DNA from: an uncultured candidate division Zixibacteria bacterium
GTDB lineage: Bacteria; Zixibacteria; MSB-5A5; GN15; PGXB01
Assembly (NCBI GenBank): GCA_963702205.1
Contig: OY969724.1
Location: 3,200,001 to 3,264,000, forward strand
Direction: 5' to 3'
Length of the DNA stretch: 64,000 nucleotides
Under the pieces are notes generated by a model. That model had not been told where the DNA came from. It saw nothing but the letters and a program-made list of their open reading frames with translations, and did no database searches. Below are positions 49,516-59,911 of the stretch, one piece after another (position 1 is the stretch's first letter; every line of letters starts with the position of its first letter). The position numbers and the translations under genes are program-made.

Positions 49516-50745
49516 GTGCGTATTGGTTTTGATGGAATGCCTTTTACATTGAATTGGATTGAGGGCATGCTTGTATATAACAATCGCCTCCTGGGTGCAC
49601 TTACTGAATTGAGACCATCGGACGAATACTGGTTTTTCTTTCAATCCCTACGACAGGATTTCAATGACGTGCCTTTGCCAGGGAGCAGTAATAATCGCAA
49701 AAAATCAATCGTAAGATTACCGGCCCTTCCCTATTTATCTTTCATTCCGTCAAATGCGATAAACCTCGAATTATATTTCGACGTGTATTTGCCATATCTG
49801 CTGAAAAAGAACAAAATCGAGATTTTCCACGGTCTATTTTATCAGGTGCCGCGTCGCACAAAAGCACGCGTTGTCACTACTTTTCACGATATATTCGCCT
49901 GTTCCATTCCCTGGGCCCTCGCTCCCGAAGAGATTCATATCCGCAAGAAATGGTACGCAAAAGCACTAAAGCGTTCGGATATTATAATTGCCGTATCTGA
50001 ATCAACGAAGCAGGAGTTAATTATGCACTATGATGTGAATCCTGAATATATTATCGTGATACCGCTGGCCAGTAGTTCGGTATTCAAACCAATCAAAGAT
50101 GACAACGCCCTTAAAGCGGTCAAGAATAAGTATGCACTGCCGGAACATTTTATCCTGGGATTGGGAGCAACTCACAAAAGGAAAACGCCTGAAACATTGC
50201 TTAGGGCGTATGCGGAATCTATAAAGATGCAAGACCACGAATGCGACCTCGTATTTTTCGGCGGTGGTTTGGGCCTTCAAAAAACATGGGCGGGTTTAAT
50301 GCAGGACTTAAAAATAAACTCCCGCGTAAAATTCATTCATTCGATATCAGCTGAAGAGCTGGCGGTGCTTTACTCCATGGCTGAATTATTCGTGTTGCCG
50401 TCGAAATTCGAAGGTTTCGGCATCCCGATTCTGGAGGCCATGGCCTGTGGAACACCGGTAATCACTTCAAATATATCGGCGATGCCGGAAGTTGCTGGAG
50501 GTGCGGCCAAGCTTATAGATCCATTCAATCAGGAAGAGTTGGCGACGGCCATATCTAATATTGTCGAGGATGATAGCCTCAAAAACGAAATGAAGAGGAG
50601 AGGACTTATTCGGGCCAGTCTATTCAGCTGGGAAAAAACTGCCCGGGAAACAGCAAGTGTCTATGACGCAGCATACAGCTCGCTTCGGTCAACGTCGACG
50701 CGAAATCAAAGGCCAAATTGTATCCGGAGTAATTCTGCAGGATAA
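49516..50745 (+). CDS. Glycosyltransferase family 4
   Basis: MRIGFD, TFHD, AVSESTK, PSKFEGFGIPILEAMACG, FSWEKTA. Confidence 0.93.
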   Translation: MRIGFDGMPFTLNWIEGMLVYNNRLLGALTELRPSDEYWFFFQSLRQDFNDVPLPGSSNNRKKSIVRLPALPYLSFIPSNAINLELYFDVYLPYLLKKNKIEIFHGLFYQVPRRTKARVVTTFHDIFACSIPWALAPEEIHIRKKWYAKALKRSDIIIAVSESTKQELIMHYDVNPEYIIVIPLASSSVFKPIKDDNALKAVKNKYALPEHFILGLGATHKRKTPETLLRAYAESIKMQDHECDLVFFGGGLGLQKTWAGLMQDLKINSRVKFIHSISAEELAVLYSMAELFVLPSKFEGFGIPILEAMACGTPVITSNISAMPEVAGGAAKLIDPFNQEELATAISNIVEDDSLKNEMKRRGLIRASLFSWEKTARETASVYDAAYSSLRSTSTRNQRPNCIRSNSAG

Positions 50746-50837
50746 TGGGTCGTCACTAAGTGCTTCTTTCCAATACATCAAGTAACGCTATTATGCCGAG
50801 TTTATTATTGTTGATATCTTGAGCAACCCTGCTACAT

Positions 50838-51830
50838 TTGCATTATGTCGTCCCAAAAGCCGCAATTATGAACGGAAATTTGAAAACTAATTTATCTTTA
50901 ATCATTTTCGCACTTGCAATTCTGTTTATCATTCTGTTTGTCAATCTTCCCGGCAATTCTATATTTATGGATGAAGTTCAGAACACGGGTCATAGTATTG
51001 CGTTCGGGGCGTTTTCAATCATAATATTGGTTATCGTTCAAAAGTCCAAATTAAACGCGAAAAGGGGACAGCTTTTCCCCTATTTGTTCGCGCTGGTTCT
51101 ATCTGTCGTGATGGGAGGCGGGACAGAATTCATTCAACACTTTATAGGGCGCGACGCAGAAGTAGGAGATATTATAAGAGACGCGCTGGGATCGGTGGCC
51201 TTTTTGGGCCTGCATTTTTCGTTCTGGCGAAAGCCCGATGAAAATGGTCGCAAGCACCTGAAATTATACGTCAGAGTTTTCTCCGCATTTTTATCCTTAC
51301 TGCTGTTTGTACCATTGTGCTTGAATGCCAGAGCCTATCTCGAACGCGATGAGTCATTCCCGATAATTTGTGATTTCGGGCAAAACTGGATTACCCAGTT
51401 TATATCTCTCCGGGATTGCAAAATGAAGATTGTTGAGGCGCCCGATAATTGGGCTGGCGAGTTTCCCGAACGTGTCGCTCACATTTTATTGAATAAAGCT
51501 CAATATCCCGGTTTCGCCATGCACGAGCCATATCCGAATTGGTCCGATTATTCGGATTTGAATTTTAATATTTATTCCGATATGAAGGATACCGTATTTC
51601 TGACTCTTAGAATAGACGACAAGCATCATAATAATAATTACAACGATCGATATAACAGGACATTCCCAGTTGCCCCCGGGGCAAATTCTTACCGTTTTTC
51701 CCTGACGGACGTTAAATTCGCTCCGGCAACGCGAGAAACAGACATGAAATCCATCGGGGCATTTGTCATTTTCGGGTACAATATCGACCGGGATATATCA
51801 ATCTATCTGGGTAAAATCGGGCTCGAATAA
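50838..51830 (+). CDS. VanZ-like membrane protein with C-terminal carbohydrate-binding-like domain
   Basis: GHSIAFG, TEFIQHFIGR, DIIRDALG; start may be ATG 50868. Confidence 0.75.
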   Translation: MHYVVPKAAIMNGNLKTNLSLIIFALAILFIILFVNLPGNSIFMDEVQNTGHSIAFGAFSIIILVIVQKSKLNAKRGQLFPYLFALVLSVVMGGGTEFIQHFIGRDAEVGDIIRDALGSVAFLGLHFSFWRKPDENGRKHLKLYVRVFSAFLSLLLFVPLCLNARAYLERDESFPIICDFGQNWITQFISLRDCKMKIVEAPDNWAGEFPERVAHILLNKAQYPGFAMHEPYPNWSDYSDLNFNIYSDMKDTVFLTLRIDDKHHNNNYNDRYNRTFPVAPGANSYRFSLTDVKFAPATRETDMKSIGAFVIFGYNIDRDISIYLGKIGLE

Positions 51831-51902
51831 CGTCGGTAAATACACCGGATTATCGTATTTATCAACCGGCGAAAGGCGTCATAAATAAGAGCCGAATTTA
51901 CC

Positions 51903-54900
51903 CTATCTTTGAATTATGATCTTCCCGTGAATGTCGCTGTCTTCCACGTACCAAAGATAGACACCGGAAGCCACCAGATTGCCGGAGGAATTACTACCAT
52001 CCCAGGAAATATCGCCGTTTACATCATTCCAGGACTTCACGAGTTCGCCGTTTAATGTCATGATATGCAGCGACTTGCCTTGAGGAATACCGGCGAAGGT
52101 AGTATTTGATTGTTGTGATAAGTTAAGGGGATTGGGGTAGGCATGGGCGGACGGCTGAGTTTCGAAATTAAAGACCGCTCCAAACGCTCCACTATTCGCT
52201 CTGGCCCTCCAGTAGTATTTCAGGCTGCCGTTGAGCGGTTCGGGAACCTGCCACTCGGTCAAGTCACCCGGCTGCTGCTGAATATTTTGTCCGGAAGCCA
52301 CAATTGATACAAAATATGAATCAACCGCCACTTCGAAATGATAGACGTTATAAGGCTCGCTGTCTATGTTCACGACTTCTAATGTCGGGCGGGTTGAATT
52401 TACGCTCGAGTTATCGGGAGGTGACAACATTAAATCGTCCATCAATGGAGGATCATCATCTCCACCGGTGCTTAAATCGAAATAGGCTTCGGCCGAAGCC
52501 AAATTGGAAATTCCGGAATAATTAAAGGCTTCATCGCGAGACTGAATCACGAAATAATACATCTCACCCGGAACGAGATCGCTTACAACCATCTGCTGAT
52601 CGGAACCTGCGACAAGTGGCTCGACAGGATTTTGTGTTATGGACGCGAGTGCGAAATTATCTACCGTAATGGGAAGCAGAGAATAGCGAATGCTGTAATC
52701 AGCGGCTGTTCCTTGATCACCGTCATCTCCCGGTGCTGTCCAGCTCAAAGTCACTTCACCATCATTTGCGCCTGTCTCGGCATTCAAATCCAAAATAGTT
52801 TCTGGGGGAATATCATCAGTCTGTCCTTGTCCGCTGGCGGCCTCCGCAGATGCGACATTGGAAATTGCCGAGAAATTATCAGAGTCATCCCATGACTTTA
52901 TTGCGAAAAAATATGTCTCACCGGCATTCAAGTCACTTACGACAAAATTATGCTGGGAACCTGAAGGCATCGGCGATGGGGGATTGGAAACCTGTGATGA
53001 AGACGAAAAATTCCCGGCTGTGATTGATTGAATCGAATACCGAATATCATATCCGGCCGCCGTCCCGATATTACCGTCGTCGCCGGGAGCTGTCCAGCTG
53101 AGAACCACGTCGCCCTCGTTACCGCCTGTTGCGGCACTCAAATCATCGATGTCTCCTGGAGGAGTATCATCAGTGGTCTGATCCAGGAAGGCCCCGGCAG
53201 AAGTCAGGTTAGACATTCCCGAATAATTATTGGCGTCGTCATGAGCCTTCATCGCGAAATAATACGTCTGCCCCGGTGTCAGTCCGCCGACCGTATACTC
53301 CTGCGAAGCGCCGGCTTGAATCGGTGCCGGGGGCGAAGATATTTGAGAAGCAGAATTGAAATTAAGCGATGTTATCGGCTGTGATGAATATCGGATATCA
53401 TATGCGGCGGCGTAACCGCTGAAGCCATCGTCTCCGGGAGCCGTCCAGCTCAAGTTGACTTCTCCATCGGCAGCGCCCGTTTCCGCATTCAGATCATTAA
53501 TGTCACCGGGAGGGGTATTATCCTCCTGTGGAGACCCCGTCACGTCCGCGCCCATACCGCTCGGATACGCCCCGCCCCGGCCGTTGGTCAAAGCCGGGGA
53601 TCCCGATTGCAGCCTGTAATCACGATTGGCGGCATCCATAAATAAGGGATCGGATTCCATGGATTGCATGCCGTGCCCGGATATCACACCATTCGGGTTG
53701 GACGTTCGCCATTGGGAGATGTTATATTCCGATCCATGCGGATAGACATAATAGGTATTATCTGACCGACCGTAATACAGGTTATAATCCTCGTAAAGGC
53801 GCTTGGGGTTTTCTCTCTGGTTGTCGATGCCTATGGCCGCCTTGTATTCACCGGCTCCGGAATTCAAAGGAGGATTATAAAATATATTATTGAATATGGA
53901 AATACTGTCCATATCGCCGTCCTGAGACCTGATTCCGGCAAAGCCACCCGTGCAATCGAAGGTATTATTATATATCCAGGCATTGACCAAAGCGTGGGCC
54001 GTATCGGAGTTCGACGGAAATGCGATGCCCATGAGTCCGCCGGCCTCGCTGAATGCTCCCTGATTACAGATACCATTATTGTACAGGATATTATTATAGA
54101 CATGAACGTCGGACCATTTGCCGCCGTTGCCCAGATACATGTTAAGTTCATAGCAATCGTATATGACGTTATTCGAGATGACCACCGGATGCCCCGAACC
54201 CGTCGAATGCGGATTGCCGCCCTTCAAATATATACCCATGGCGCTGTTGTGGAGCCGGTTGTTCTCAAGATAAATGCAGAAGCCGGGATAAAACTCGATG
54301 CACCCGAACTGACCTGTCCCGCCGTAATTACCATACTTGCCGACATAGCCGATGTCACAGTTGATAACCCACAAGGAATCGGTCCAGTCGGACCGGTTGC
54401 TGCCGCCCTCGAGGACGTTGCCGATGCCGGCCCCGTTGTCATAGCTGCAGCTGATCGAATCTATCTTGCAGTTCTTGATCGTGATGCCGCTCGAATTACC
54501 CAGCATGATCCCGAACCAGCCGTAATGAAAATACAGCGAGTCAAACGTGATATACGAACGGTCATCCAGCCAGGCTCCCACCCGGCCGCCGTTGCTCCCG
54601 CTGGCGGGAATACCTTTGATGATCGGCATCTCTCCCGGATAACCCTTGAAAACGATCTGGCCGTCTCCCAGATAAGACGACCCGCTCCGGGCCGGTCTCA
54701 ATCCGGCGTTGACACTCCAGCTTTCCGAGACACTTTCAACCTCATCCGGAGAATTCTCATCATAGACCCCCGCACGAATATAAACCGTATCGCCCGCAAC
54801 CAGCGTCGCGCAGGCCTTCTGAACGTGCTGCCAGGCCTGGCCCTCGCTCAGACCGTTGTTGTTGTCGTTACCCGACGGCTTGACGTAATAGGTCGCACCC

Positions 54901-54980
54901 ATAGCGCAGGTAGCTAATGCGCTAATGAGTGAAATAAGAGCTATATTTTTTACAGTATTCGTGCCATTGAGCTTGATCAT
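51903..54980 (-). CDS. Secreted beta-helix protein with three Fn3-like repeats, Ig-like domain and FlgD-Ig/T9SS-like C-terminus
   Basis: Same N-terminal domain as 38446-40095; three D.TPP..I.DL...LSWTAPGDDG repeats; AYPNP...WDG....G..VASGVY; GAGGAG SD. Confidence 0.88.
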   Translation of the reverse strand: MIKLNGTNTVKNIALISLISALATCAMGATYYVKPSGNDNNNGLSEGQAWQHVQKACATLVAGDTVYIRAGVYDENSPDEVESVSESWSVNAGLRPARSGSSYLGDGQIVFKGYPGEMPIIKGIPASGSNGGRVGAWLDDRSYITFDSLYFHYGWFGIMLGNSSGITIKNCKIDSISCSYDNGAGIGNVLEGGSNRSDWTDSLWVINCDIGYVGKYGNYGGTGQFGCIEFYPGFCIYLENNRLHNSAMGIYLKGGNPHSTGSGHPVVISNNVIYDCYELNMYLGNGGKWSDVHVYNNILYNNGICNQGAFSEAGGLMGIAFPSNSDTAHALVNAWIYNNTFDCTGGFAGIRSQDGDMDSISIFNNIFYNPPLNSGAGEYKAAIGIDNQRENPKRLYEDYNLYYGRSDNTYYVYPHGSEYNISQWRTSNPNGVISGHGMQSMESDPLFMDAANRDYRLQSGSPALTNGRGGAYPSGMGADVTGSPQEDNTPPGDINDLNAETGAADGEVNLSWTAPGDDGFSGYAAAYDIRYSSQPITSLNFNSASQISSPPAPIQAGASQEYTVGGLTPGQTYYFAMKAHDDANNYSGMSNLTSAGAFLDQTTDDTPPGDIDDLSAATGGNEGDVVLSWTAPGDDGNIGTAAGYDIRYSIQSITAGNFSSSSQVSNPPSPMPSGSQHNFVVSDLNAGETYFFAIKSWDDSDNFSAISNVASAEAASGQGQTDDIPPETILDLNAETGANDGEVTLSWTAPGDDGDQGTAADYSIRYSLLPITVDNFALASITQNPVEPLVAGSDQQMVVSDLVPGEMYYFVIQSRDEAFNYSGISNLASAEAYFDLSTGGDDDPPLMDDLMLSPPDNSSVNSTRPTLEVVNIDSEPYNVYHFEVAVDSYFVSIVASGQNIQQQPGDLTEWQVPEPLNGSLKYYWRARANSGAFGAVFNFETQPSAHAYPNPLNLSQQSNTTFAGIPQGKSLHIMTLNGELVKSWNDVNGDISWDGSNSSGNLVASGVYLWYVEDSDIHGKIIIQR
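53965..54881. repeat. Direct repeat copy B (identical by eye to 39071-39987)
   Basis: See copy A. Confidence 0.9.
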
Positions 54981-55142
54981 ACTCCTCACTCCTGTAGCAT
55001 CACTTTATCTTCGTTTGGATATATCATATACAAATTAAACGTACCTGTTAAGGAAATATTCGGCACTTCCCTGACTTTATTCACCGAATAAATCCATGAT
55101 AAATTACGGCATATCAAACTTCATTTTCTAATTAATAGTGTA

Positions 55143-55158
55143 AGCTATAACCATGCCG
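55143..55158 (-). promoter_or_regulatory. Possible sigma-54 promoter (CGGCATGGTTATAGCT)
   Basis: GG-N10-GC spacing about 160 bp upstream of the 54980 start. Confidence 0.35.
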
Positions 55159-55321
55159 TTCTTAATTTTAAAAGATAATTTATATGACGTTACCCCACAG
55201 TAACTTACGCAGATAAAAAATACCCGGCTTTTATTATTTTTATAAAAGGCTATATTAATTTTGAGCAAAGTACAATTTCCGAACAGCTCGAGCCTTTTTA
55301 CGATTGGCAATCGTAGATTAA

Positions 55322-56455
55322 TTACCTTGACTTGCTAATTGTCTGGAGATATAAATCCTGACATTTACCGACCATCGTGGCTTTCGAGAAGATTTGAACC
55401 GCCCTTTCTCTGCCGGACCTACCGTGCTTACAAATAAGTTCTTTATCCTGCAGATATTTGATCATATGTTCCGCCAGCGAAGTCGGTGAAGACAAATCAA
55501 CGAGAAAACCGCTGACTTTATCGGAGACAATTTCCAGCGGTCCTCCTGCTTTACATGCAATTACGGGCTTACCGCAGCTCATAGCTTCAATGTATACGTA
55601 TCCAAATGTTTCGTACCGGCTCACCAGCACAAAACAATCTATTGCGGAATAGAAGGCTGTCATATCTTGTACGGTGCCTAATAACATTATGTGGTCTTTG
55701 TCAGGACTTTCGGATATGCGTTTTTCCACACTCCGGTAGTAATTGTCGCCGTGGTGTGGCCCCGCAAACAACAGATATATGTTTGAATCCCGTTGACGGA
55801 TAGTCTCAAATGCCGAAACAACTGTAAGATGTTCCTTCCATTCGACAAATTGCGCGGCACAACCGAACACGATGGCCGAATCCGGGATACCAAGCCGTCG
55901 TCGTAATTCATCTCGCTTTTCTTTAGATTCCATAAACTGGGCCGTATCGATGCCCAGATAGATTCGGGCGATCTTCTTTTCAAATCCTTTCGACGTCAGC
56001 AGATCATCGGTTGCCTTTGATATACTGATGATCCTGTCTGCCAAAATCGATTTCAGTCTCCAGTTAAGGCTATGATTATTCCACTCAAGATTAGACTTTG
56101 TGTATATGTACCTGGCCCTTGAACTCACTTTGAATATCAAAGCCTCGGTAAATACCGATTGGTATAAAAAGGAATGAACTAAATCATACTTTTTTCCTGC
56201 GAGTTTTATCGGACTGAAGGCAGTTTGTGTCAGGCGACGCAAGTTATATGGCGTTGTTGGAACGGTCCTAAGTTGAAAATACGGTACATCAAGTGCCTTA
56301 ATCTCGTCAAGGGCCTCATTATCAATGTCTAGTCCCGCTATCTCAAACTTAAAAATGTCTTTATCCAATCCTCGGACAAGGTCACAGATATTGCGCAATT
56401 TGGACCCGTACATGAATTCGCTCATGGTCAGTAGTATTTTATATGATTCTTTCAT
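55322..56455 (-). CDS. Glycosyltransferase family 4
   Basis: SRYETFGYVYIEAMSCGKPVI, GGPLEIV. Confidence 0.92.
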   Translation of the reverse strand: MKESYKILLTMSEFMYGSKLRNICDLVRGLDKDIFKFEIAGLDIDNEALDEIKALDVPYFQLRTVPTTPYNLRRLTQTAFSPIKLAGKKYDLVHSFLYQSVFTEALIFKVSSRARYIYTKSNLEWNNHSLNWRLKSILADRIISISKATDDLLTSKGFEKKIARIYLGIDTAQFMESKEKRDELRRRLGIPDSAIVFGCAAQFVEWKEHLTVVSAFETIRQRDSNIYLLFAGPHHGDNYYRSVEKRISESPDKDHIMLLGTVQDMTAFYSAIDCFVLVSRYETFGYVYIEAMSCGKPVIACKAGGPLEIVSDKVSGFLVDLSSPTSLAEHMIKYLQDKELICKHGRSGRERAVQIFSKATMVGKCQDLYLQTISKSR

Positions 56456-56471
56456 TCGCCAGGAAAGTCGT

Positions 56472-57878
56472 TTAAAAATTTAAGGGTACCCGAGAAACAA
56501 CCCACTTATATTTTCCCGCAGCCGTGCGTGGAATGGTATCAACGAATTCCACTTCGACATTAATATCAGCGCCCAGACGTTTTTTGAATTCTTCTTTTAA
56601 ATAATCGGTATCAGAGCTTTTATAGGAATCGCGCTTTACAATCAATATCCTGATTTGATACAGGCTGTCCTGTATAATCTGTGATTCCGCAACAGAATGC
56701 ATCGGTTTGAATGGGTGCGTCAAAATCGAGGAGGATATGAAGCGGCCGTCGGGAGTCGTCACTATGTCTTCATCTTTGGTCATGACATTACTCATCAGAG
56801 GGAAACCTCGTCCGCATTTACATTGTTCGGGGGATGACGAGGATATATCACTTGTTTGGTATCTTATTAACGGCATAGCGTAATTATGAAGCCCGGTTGC
56901 TACGATTCTACCCAGTGAACCTGCTTTTACCGGGCGGCCGTCTGGCCCCAAAAGCTCCATTATACCGAAATCGGAATTTTGATGTTTTCCAGCATGAACC
57001 TCGCATTCGGTCGCGAACGCTACCCTCTCCGCCATCCCGTAATAATCAAAGACAGAAGCGTTAAATACTTTCTCCATTAATTCTCTCTGGTAAGGTTGTA
57101 GCGGCTCCGAAGATGTAAACACCGCTTGCAGTGGCAGTGTCCGGTTGATGCTTTCGAGGAACGCAGCAAGAATATAAATAGTTGAAGGGTACCCCTCAAG
57201 GGCTTTTGGCTTGAACGCCAAAAGCTTGTTAATATAGGCCCCAATATTGGCCTTGGATAAGTGAAAACTCGAAAAATACAGATGTTTGAGGACCCAGTTG
57301 TATCGCCAAAAGGGAGGACTTTTTCTTTTGATTGGCACGACCATCCGGCCCAGAAAAAACGCTATCGGATCGCCAAGCTTGATACCCGCGACACCCTTTT
57401 GGCGCCATTCCGCAGCGTTCTTGGCACGACAGACATTGGCATCATAATAAAATTCCAGTGGCGATCCGGTCGTCCCGCTGGTATGGCCAATAATAAGCGA
57501 AGAATGATTGAAATTCATGGCAGTCAGAGCGTCAAAATTATTCCGGACGTCATCTCTGGTCAGAACAGGCAATTTTGATATATCGCCGACTGTCCGAATA
57601 TCTTCCGGCTTAAGCCCCCGGTCATCCATGATATTGCGATAGTATCGGACATTTTCATAACAATGGTCGATTAATTTGGCCAATTTCTGATTCTGGAAAT
57701 TTTCCAAGTCTCCGGGAGAGAACCATTGGCGTTTTTCATAAACGTCCAGGAGCTCTCTTAATTTTGATCCATATTCTCGCCGGTAAAGTTTTAAACCGTA
57801 AAACGACACACCGATGTTCTGAACAAAATACGGACTGTGCTGGTACAGTTTGTCGAAAAACCCTGACATATTATTCAT
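56472..57878 (-). CDS. Phenylacetate-CoA ligase family (CapK-like) adenylate-forming enzyme
   Basis: TSGTTGSP, YYGMAE, MPLIRYQTSD, IPRTAAGK. Confidence 0.9.
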   Translation of the reverse strand: MNNMSGFFDKLYQHSPYFVQNIGVSFYGLKLYRREYGSKLRELLDVYEKRQWFSPGDLENFQNQKLAKLIDHCYENVRYYRNIMDDRGLKPEDIRTVGDISKLPVLTRDDVRNNFDALTAMNFNHSSLIIGHTSGTTGSPLEFYYDANVCRAKNAAEWRQKGVAGIKLGDPIAFFLGRMVVPIKRKSPPFWRYNWVLKHLYFSSFHLSKANIGAYINKLLAFKPKALEGYPSTIYILAAFLESINRTLPLQAVFTSSEPLQPYQRELMEKVFNASVFDYYGMAERVAFATECEVHAGKHQNSDFGIMELLGPDGRPVKAGSLGRIVATGLHNYAMPLIRYQTSDISSSSPEQCKCGRGFPLMSNVMTKDEDIVTTPDGRFISSSILTHPFKPMHSVAESQIIQDSLYQIRILIVKRDSYKSSDTDYLKEEFKKRLGADINVEVEFVDTIPRTAAGKYKWVVSRVPLNF

Positions 57879-58842
57879 TACTCTTTCGTAATTTTCCGGA
57901 AACACGCATTATCAAATATCCAAAGACAATCACGGATCTAATACAATAAAACAGGAAGTAAAGAAATAATTGAGGAAAAAACTGGCGGGCACTGCCATAA
58001 CGATAAATCCTGTACAGTGCGGTAACCACGGGAACGAAAACAATTGATCCGACCAAATACCACGGACTAATTTTCCCGGCCGCTACCGGAAGCACCAAGG
58101 CAGCTGCATTCAACATGAATAATATAAAGGCAAATGTCATCAGAAGCGGTTTATCAACATATTTCCAGCCTATCTTTTGCGTAATACCAGTGCCATGCCA
58201 GTATTCCTTCCGCAAAAATTGTCCTAATGTTTTTGCATTACCCAGGTGAACAGATCGAACTTGCGGTGCCTGGATGACTTTGAATCCCTTTTCCCTAAGC
58301 CTTCTGCCGATATCGGTATCTTCGTCACTGGATAATTTTTCATCAAAGCCTCCGATCTCTTCAAAAGCGTACTTTTTTACTATTAAATTACCACTCACAA
58401 TATACTCCGCCTCAGTCGGATTCTTCATTCTTGGATACAACCAGGCGCGCTCGATCCAGGTAGATTGCTCGGGTAGATCATAATGTGAGCCCGTGGCCGC
58501 GACGGATGTATCGCTGTTTAAGATGCCTATCGCGGCATCGCGCCAGCCGGGACATATACGGCAATCACAATCTATGAAAGCCAATAGATCTCCGGATGCG
58601 AGTTTGGCGCCTTTGTTGCGCGATGCGGAAACTGTCGTGCCCTGGCTTTCGATCAGTTTAATACCGCCGAAACCGGTGGCTATCGCGACTGTACTGTCCG
58701 ACGATCCATTATCTACAACCAATATCTCGTCGGTGCTTTTCATCTCACTTTTGATATGTTGCAAACAGCCTAATAAGAATCTTTCGCCATTTAAGACGGG
58801 AATAATAAAGCTTATTCTGCAACTATTAGGGCATAAATGCAT
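57871..58842 (-). CDS. Glycosyltransferase family 2
   Basis: SFIIPVLN, VDNGSSD, SRNKGA, FIDCDC, GGFDE, EDTD. Confidence 0.92.
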   Translation of the reverse strand: MHLCPNSCRISFIIPVLNGERFLLGCLQHIKSEMKSTDEILVVDNGSSDSTVAIATGFGGIKLIESQGTTVSASRNKGAKLASGDLLAFIDCDCRICPGWRDAAIGILNSDTSVAATGSHYDLPEQSTWIERAWLYPRMKNPTEAEYIVSGNLIVKKYAFEEIGGFDEKLSSDEDTDIGRRLREKGFKVIQAPQVRSVHLGNAKTLGQFLRKEYWHGTGITQKIGWKYVDKPLLMTFAFILFMLNAAALVLPVAAGKISPWYLVGSIVFVPVVTALYRIYRYGSARQFFPQLFLYFLFYCIRSVIVFGYLIMRVSGKLRKSNE

Positions 58843-58858
58843 TTTAGCTTTGTTCCAT

Positions 58859-59893
58859 TTAAGCTGTGATGAACCTTCTTATTTTTGGGCCAATGACTCT
58901 TGAACAAGAAATCGGTATTTTTTTCCAAAGGGCGATCAGAAGTTTATATTTAAGTTTTTCCTGATCCGACTCGGTGAGATCCTTAACCCCCAGGTTAATT
59001 TTCTGCCAAAATAATTGCCTTTCCTCCGCACCCCAGCGCTTCTTAAACGTATATGTTCCCGACCCTATCGTTGATCGGCCAAAATCAAAAAAACGAAATC
59101 CCCTGCTTATGGCATAAAGCATGGCCTCCCAATATAGAATGTTATTAGGGTACAAGTGAAAGGTCTTGCGGAGGCTTGATACCCAGGGAAGGGCCAATTT
59201 TTCCTTATAGAACAGGCTGATCGCTCCACCGATATACTCATCATTATATTTGACAAGCATAATATTGGAAGAATCAGAAAATATTTCCAAAATGTTTTTG
59301 AAGAAGTCATAACTATGTGCCGGCGAACCCAAATCCCGCATGTTCTCTGACCAAATTTTAAAGAATATAGGAAGCATTTCTGGCCCGACTAATTCGACAC
59401 TCAGGCCGGAATTTCGCGCCTTTTTCACTCGATTGCGTCGTTCCGAAGAGAGTGATTTAAAAAGGGCTTCCTCATTGTCGGGCAGTTCAATAACGAGCGT
59501 GACTTTGAGGGTACTGTTTACAAAATCGCCCTCTGATTGCTTTAGCTGCCTTAGTTCAACAAATTCCAGACCATTGGATTGCGCAAAGTCCATACTGCTT
59601 TTGATTATCGCTTCACTCGTTTCATTATTATTTGAAATCAATCCGGCATAGTCAACAAAAGGCAGGGAGGTCAGAGAATTTCCAAAAATACGGCTCTTAA
59701 TCATAACCAAAGGCAAAAGCCCATGTATTTTGCCATAATTATCTATGGCAGAGATATAGTTGCCCACATGCCCGTACGTTCGCTTTATTACTTCTCTCCA
59801 CCCAATGAGGTGATAGTGCCAACCATCTGGATGTTGTAGTACGAAATCATCCCACTGCTTTGTCATTTTATCGGAATACTGTACTATTTCCAT
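58859..59893 (-). CDS. FemAB-related GNAT protein (XrtA/PEP-CTERM EPS-locus type)
   Basis: WDDFV, GLLPLV..KSRIFG..L.SLPF, NMRDLGSP, PNNILYW, FDFGRS..GSGTY.FKKRWG. Confidence 0.88.
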   Translation of the reverse strand: MEIVQYSDKMTKQWDDFVLQHPDGWHYHLIGWREVIKRTYGHVGNYISAIDNYGKIHGLLPLVMIKSRIFGNSLTSLPFVDYAGLISNNNETSEAIIKSSMDFAQSNGLEFVELRQLKQSEGDFVNSTLKVTLVIELPDNEEALFKSLSSERRNRVKKARNSGLSVELVGPEMLPIFFKIWSENMRDLGSPAHSYDFFKNILEIFSDSSNIMLVKYNDEYIGGAISLFYKEKLALPWVSSLRKTFHLYPNNILYWEAMLYAISRGFRFFDFGRSTIGSGTYTFKKRWGAEERQLFWQKINLGVKDLTESDQEKLKYKLLIALWKKIPISCSRVIGPKIRRFITA

Positions 59894-59911
59894 GGGAATT
59901 ATAAATACCCT

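Noticed and set aside
52490..53530. Tandem ~350-bp repeats as CRISPR or mobile repeats
   Set aside because: They are diverged in-frame Fn3-like protein domain repeats.
39071..54881. Duplicated segment as a diversity-generating retroelement TR/VR pair
   Set aside because: No reverse transcriptase in the window, the repeat is far longer than a TR, and the differences are mostly synonymous and not adenine-specific.
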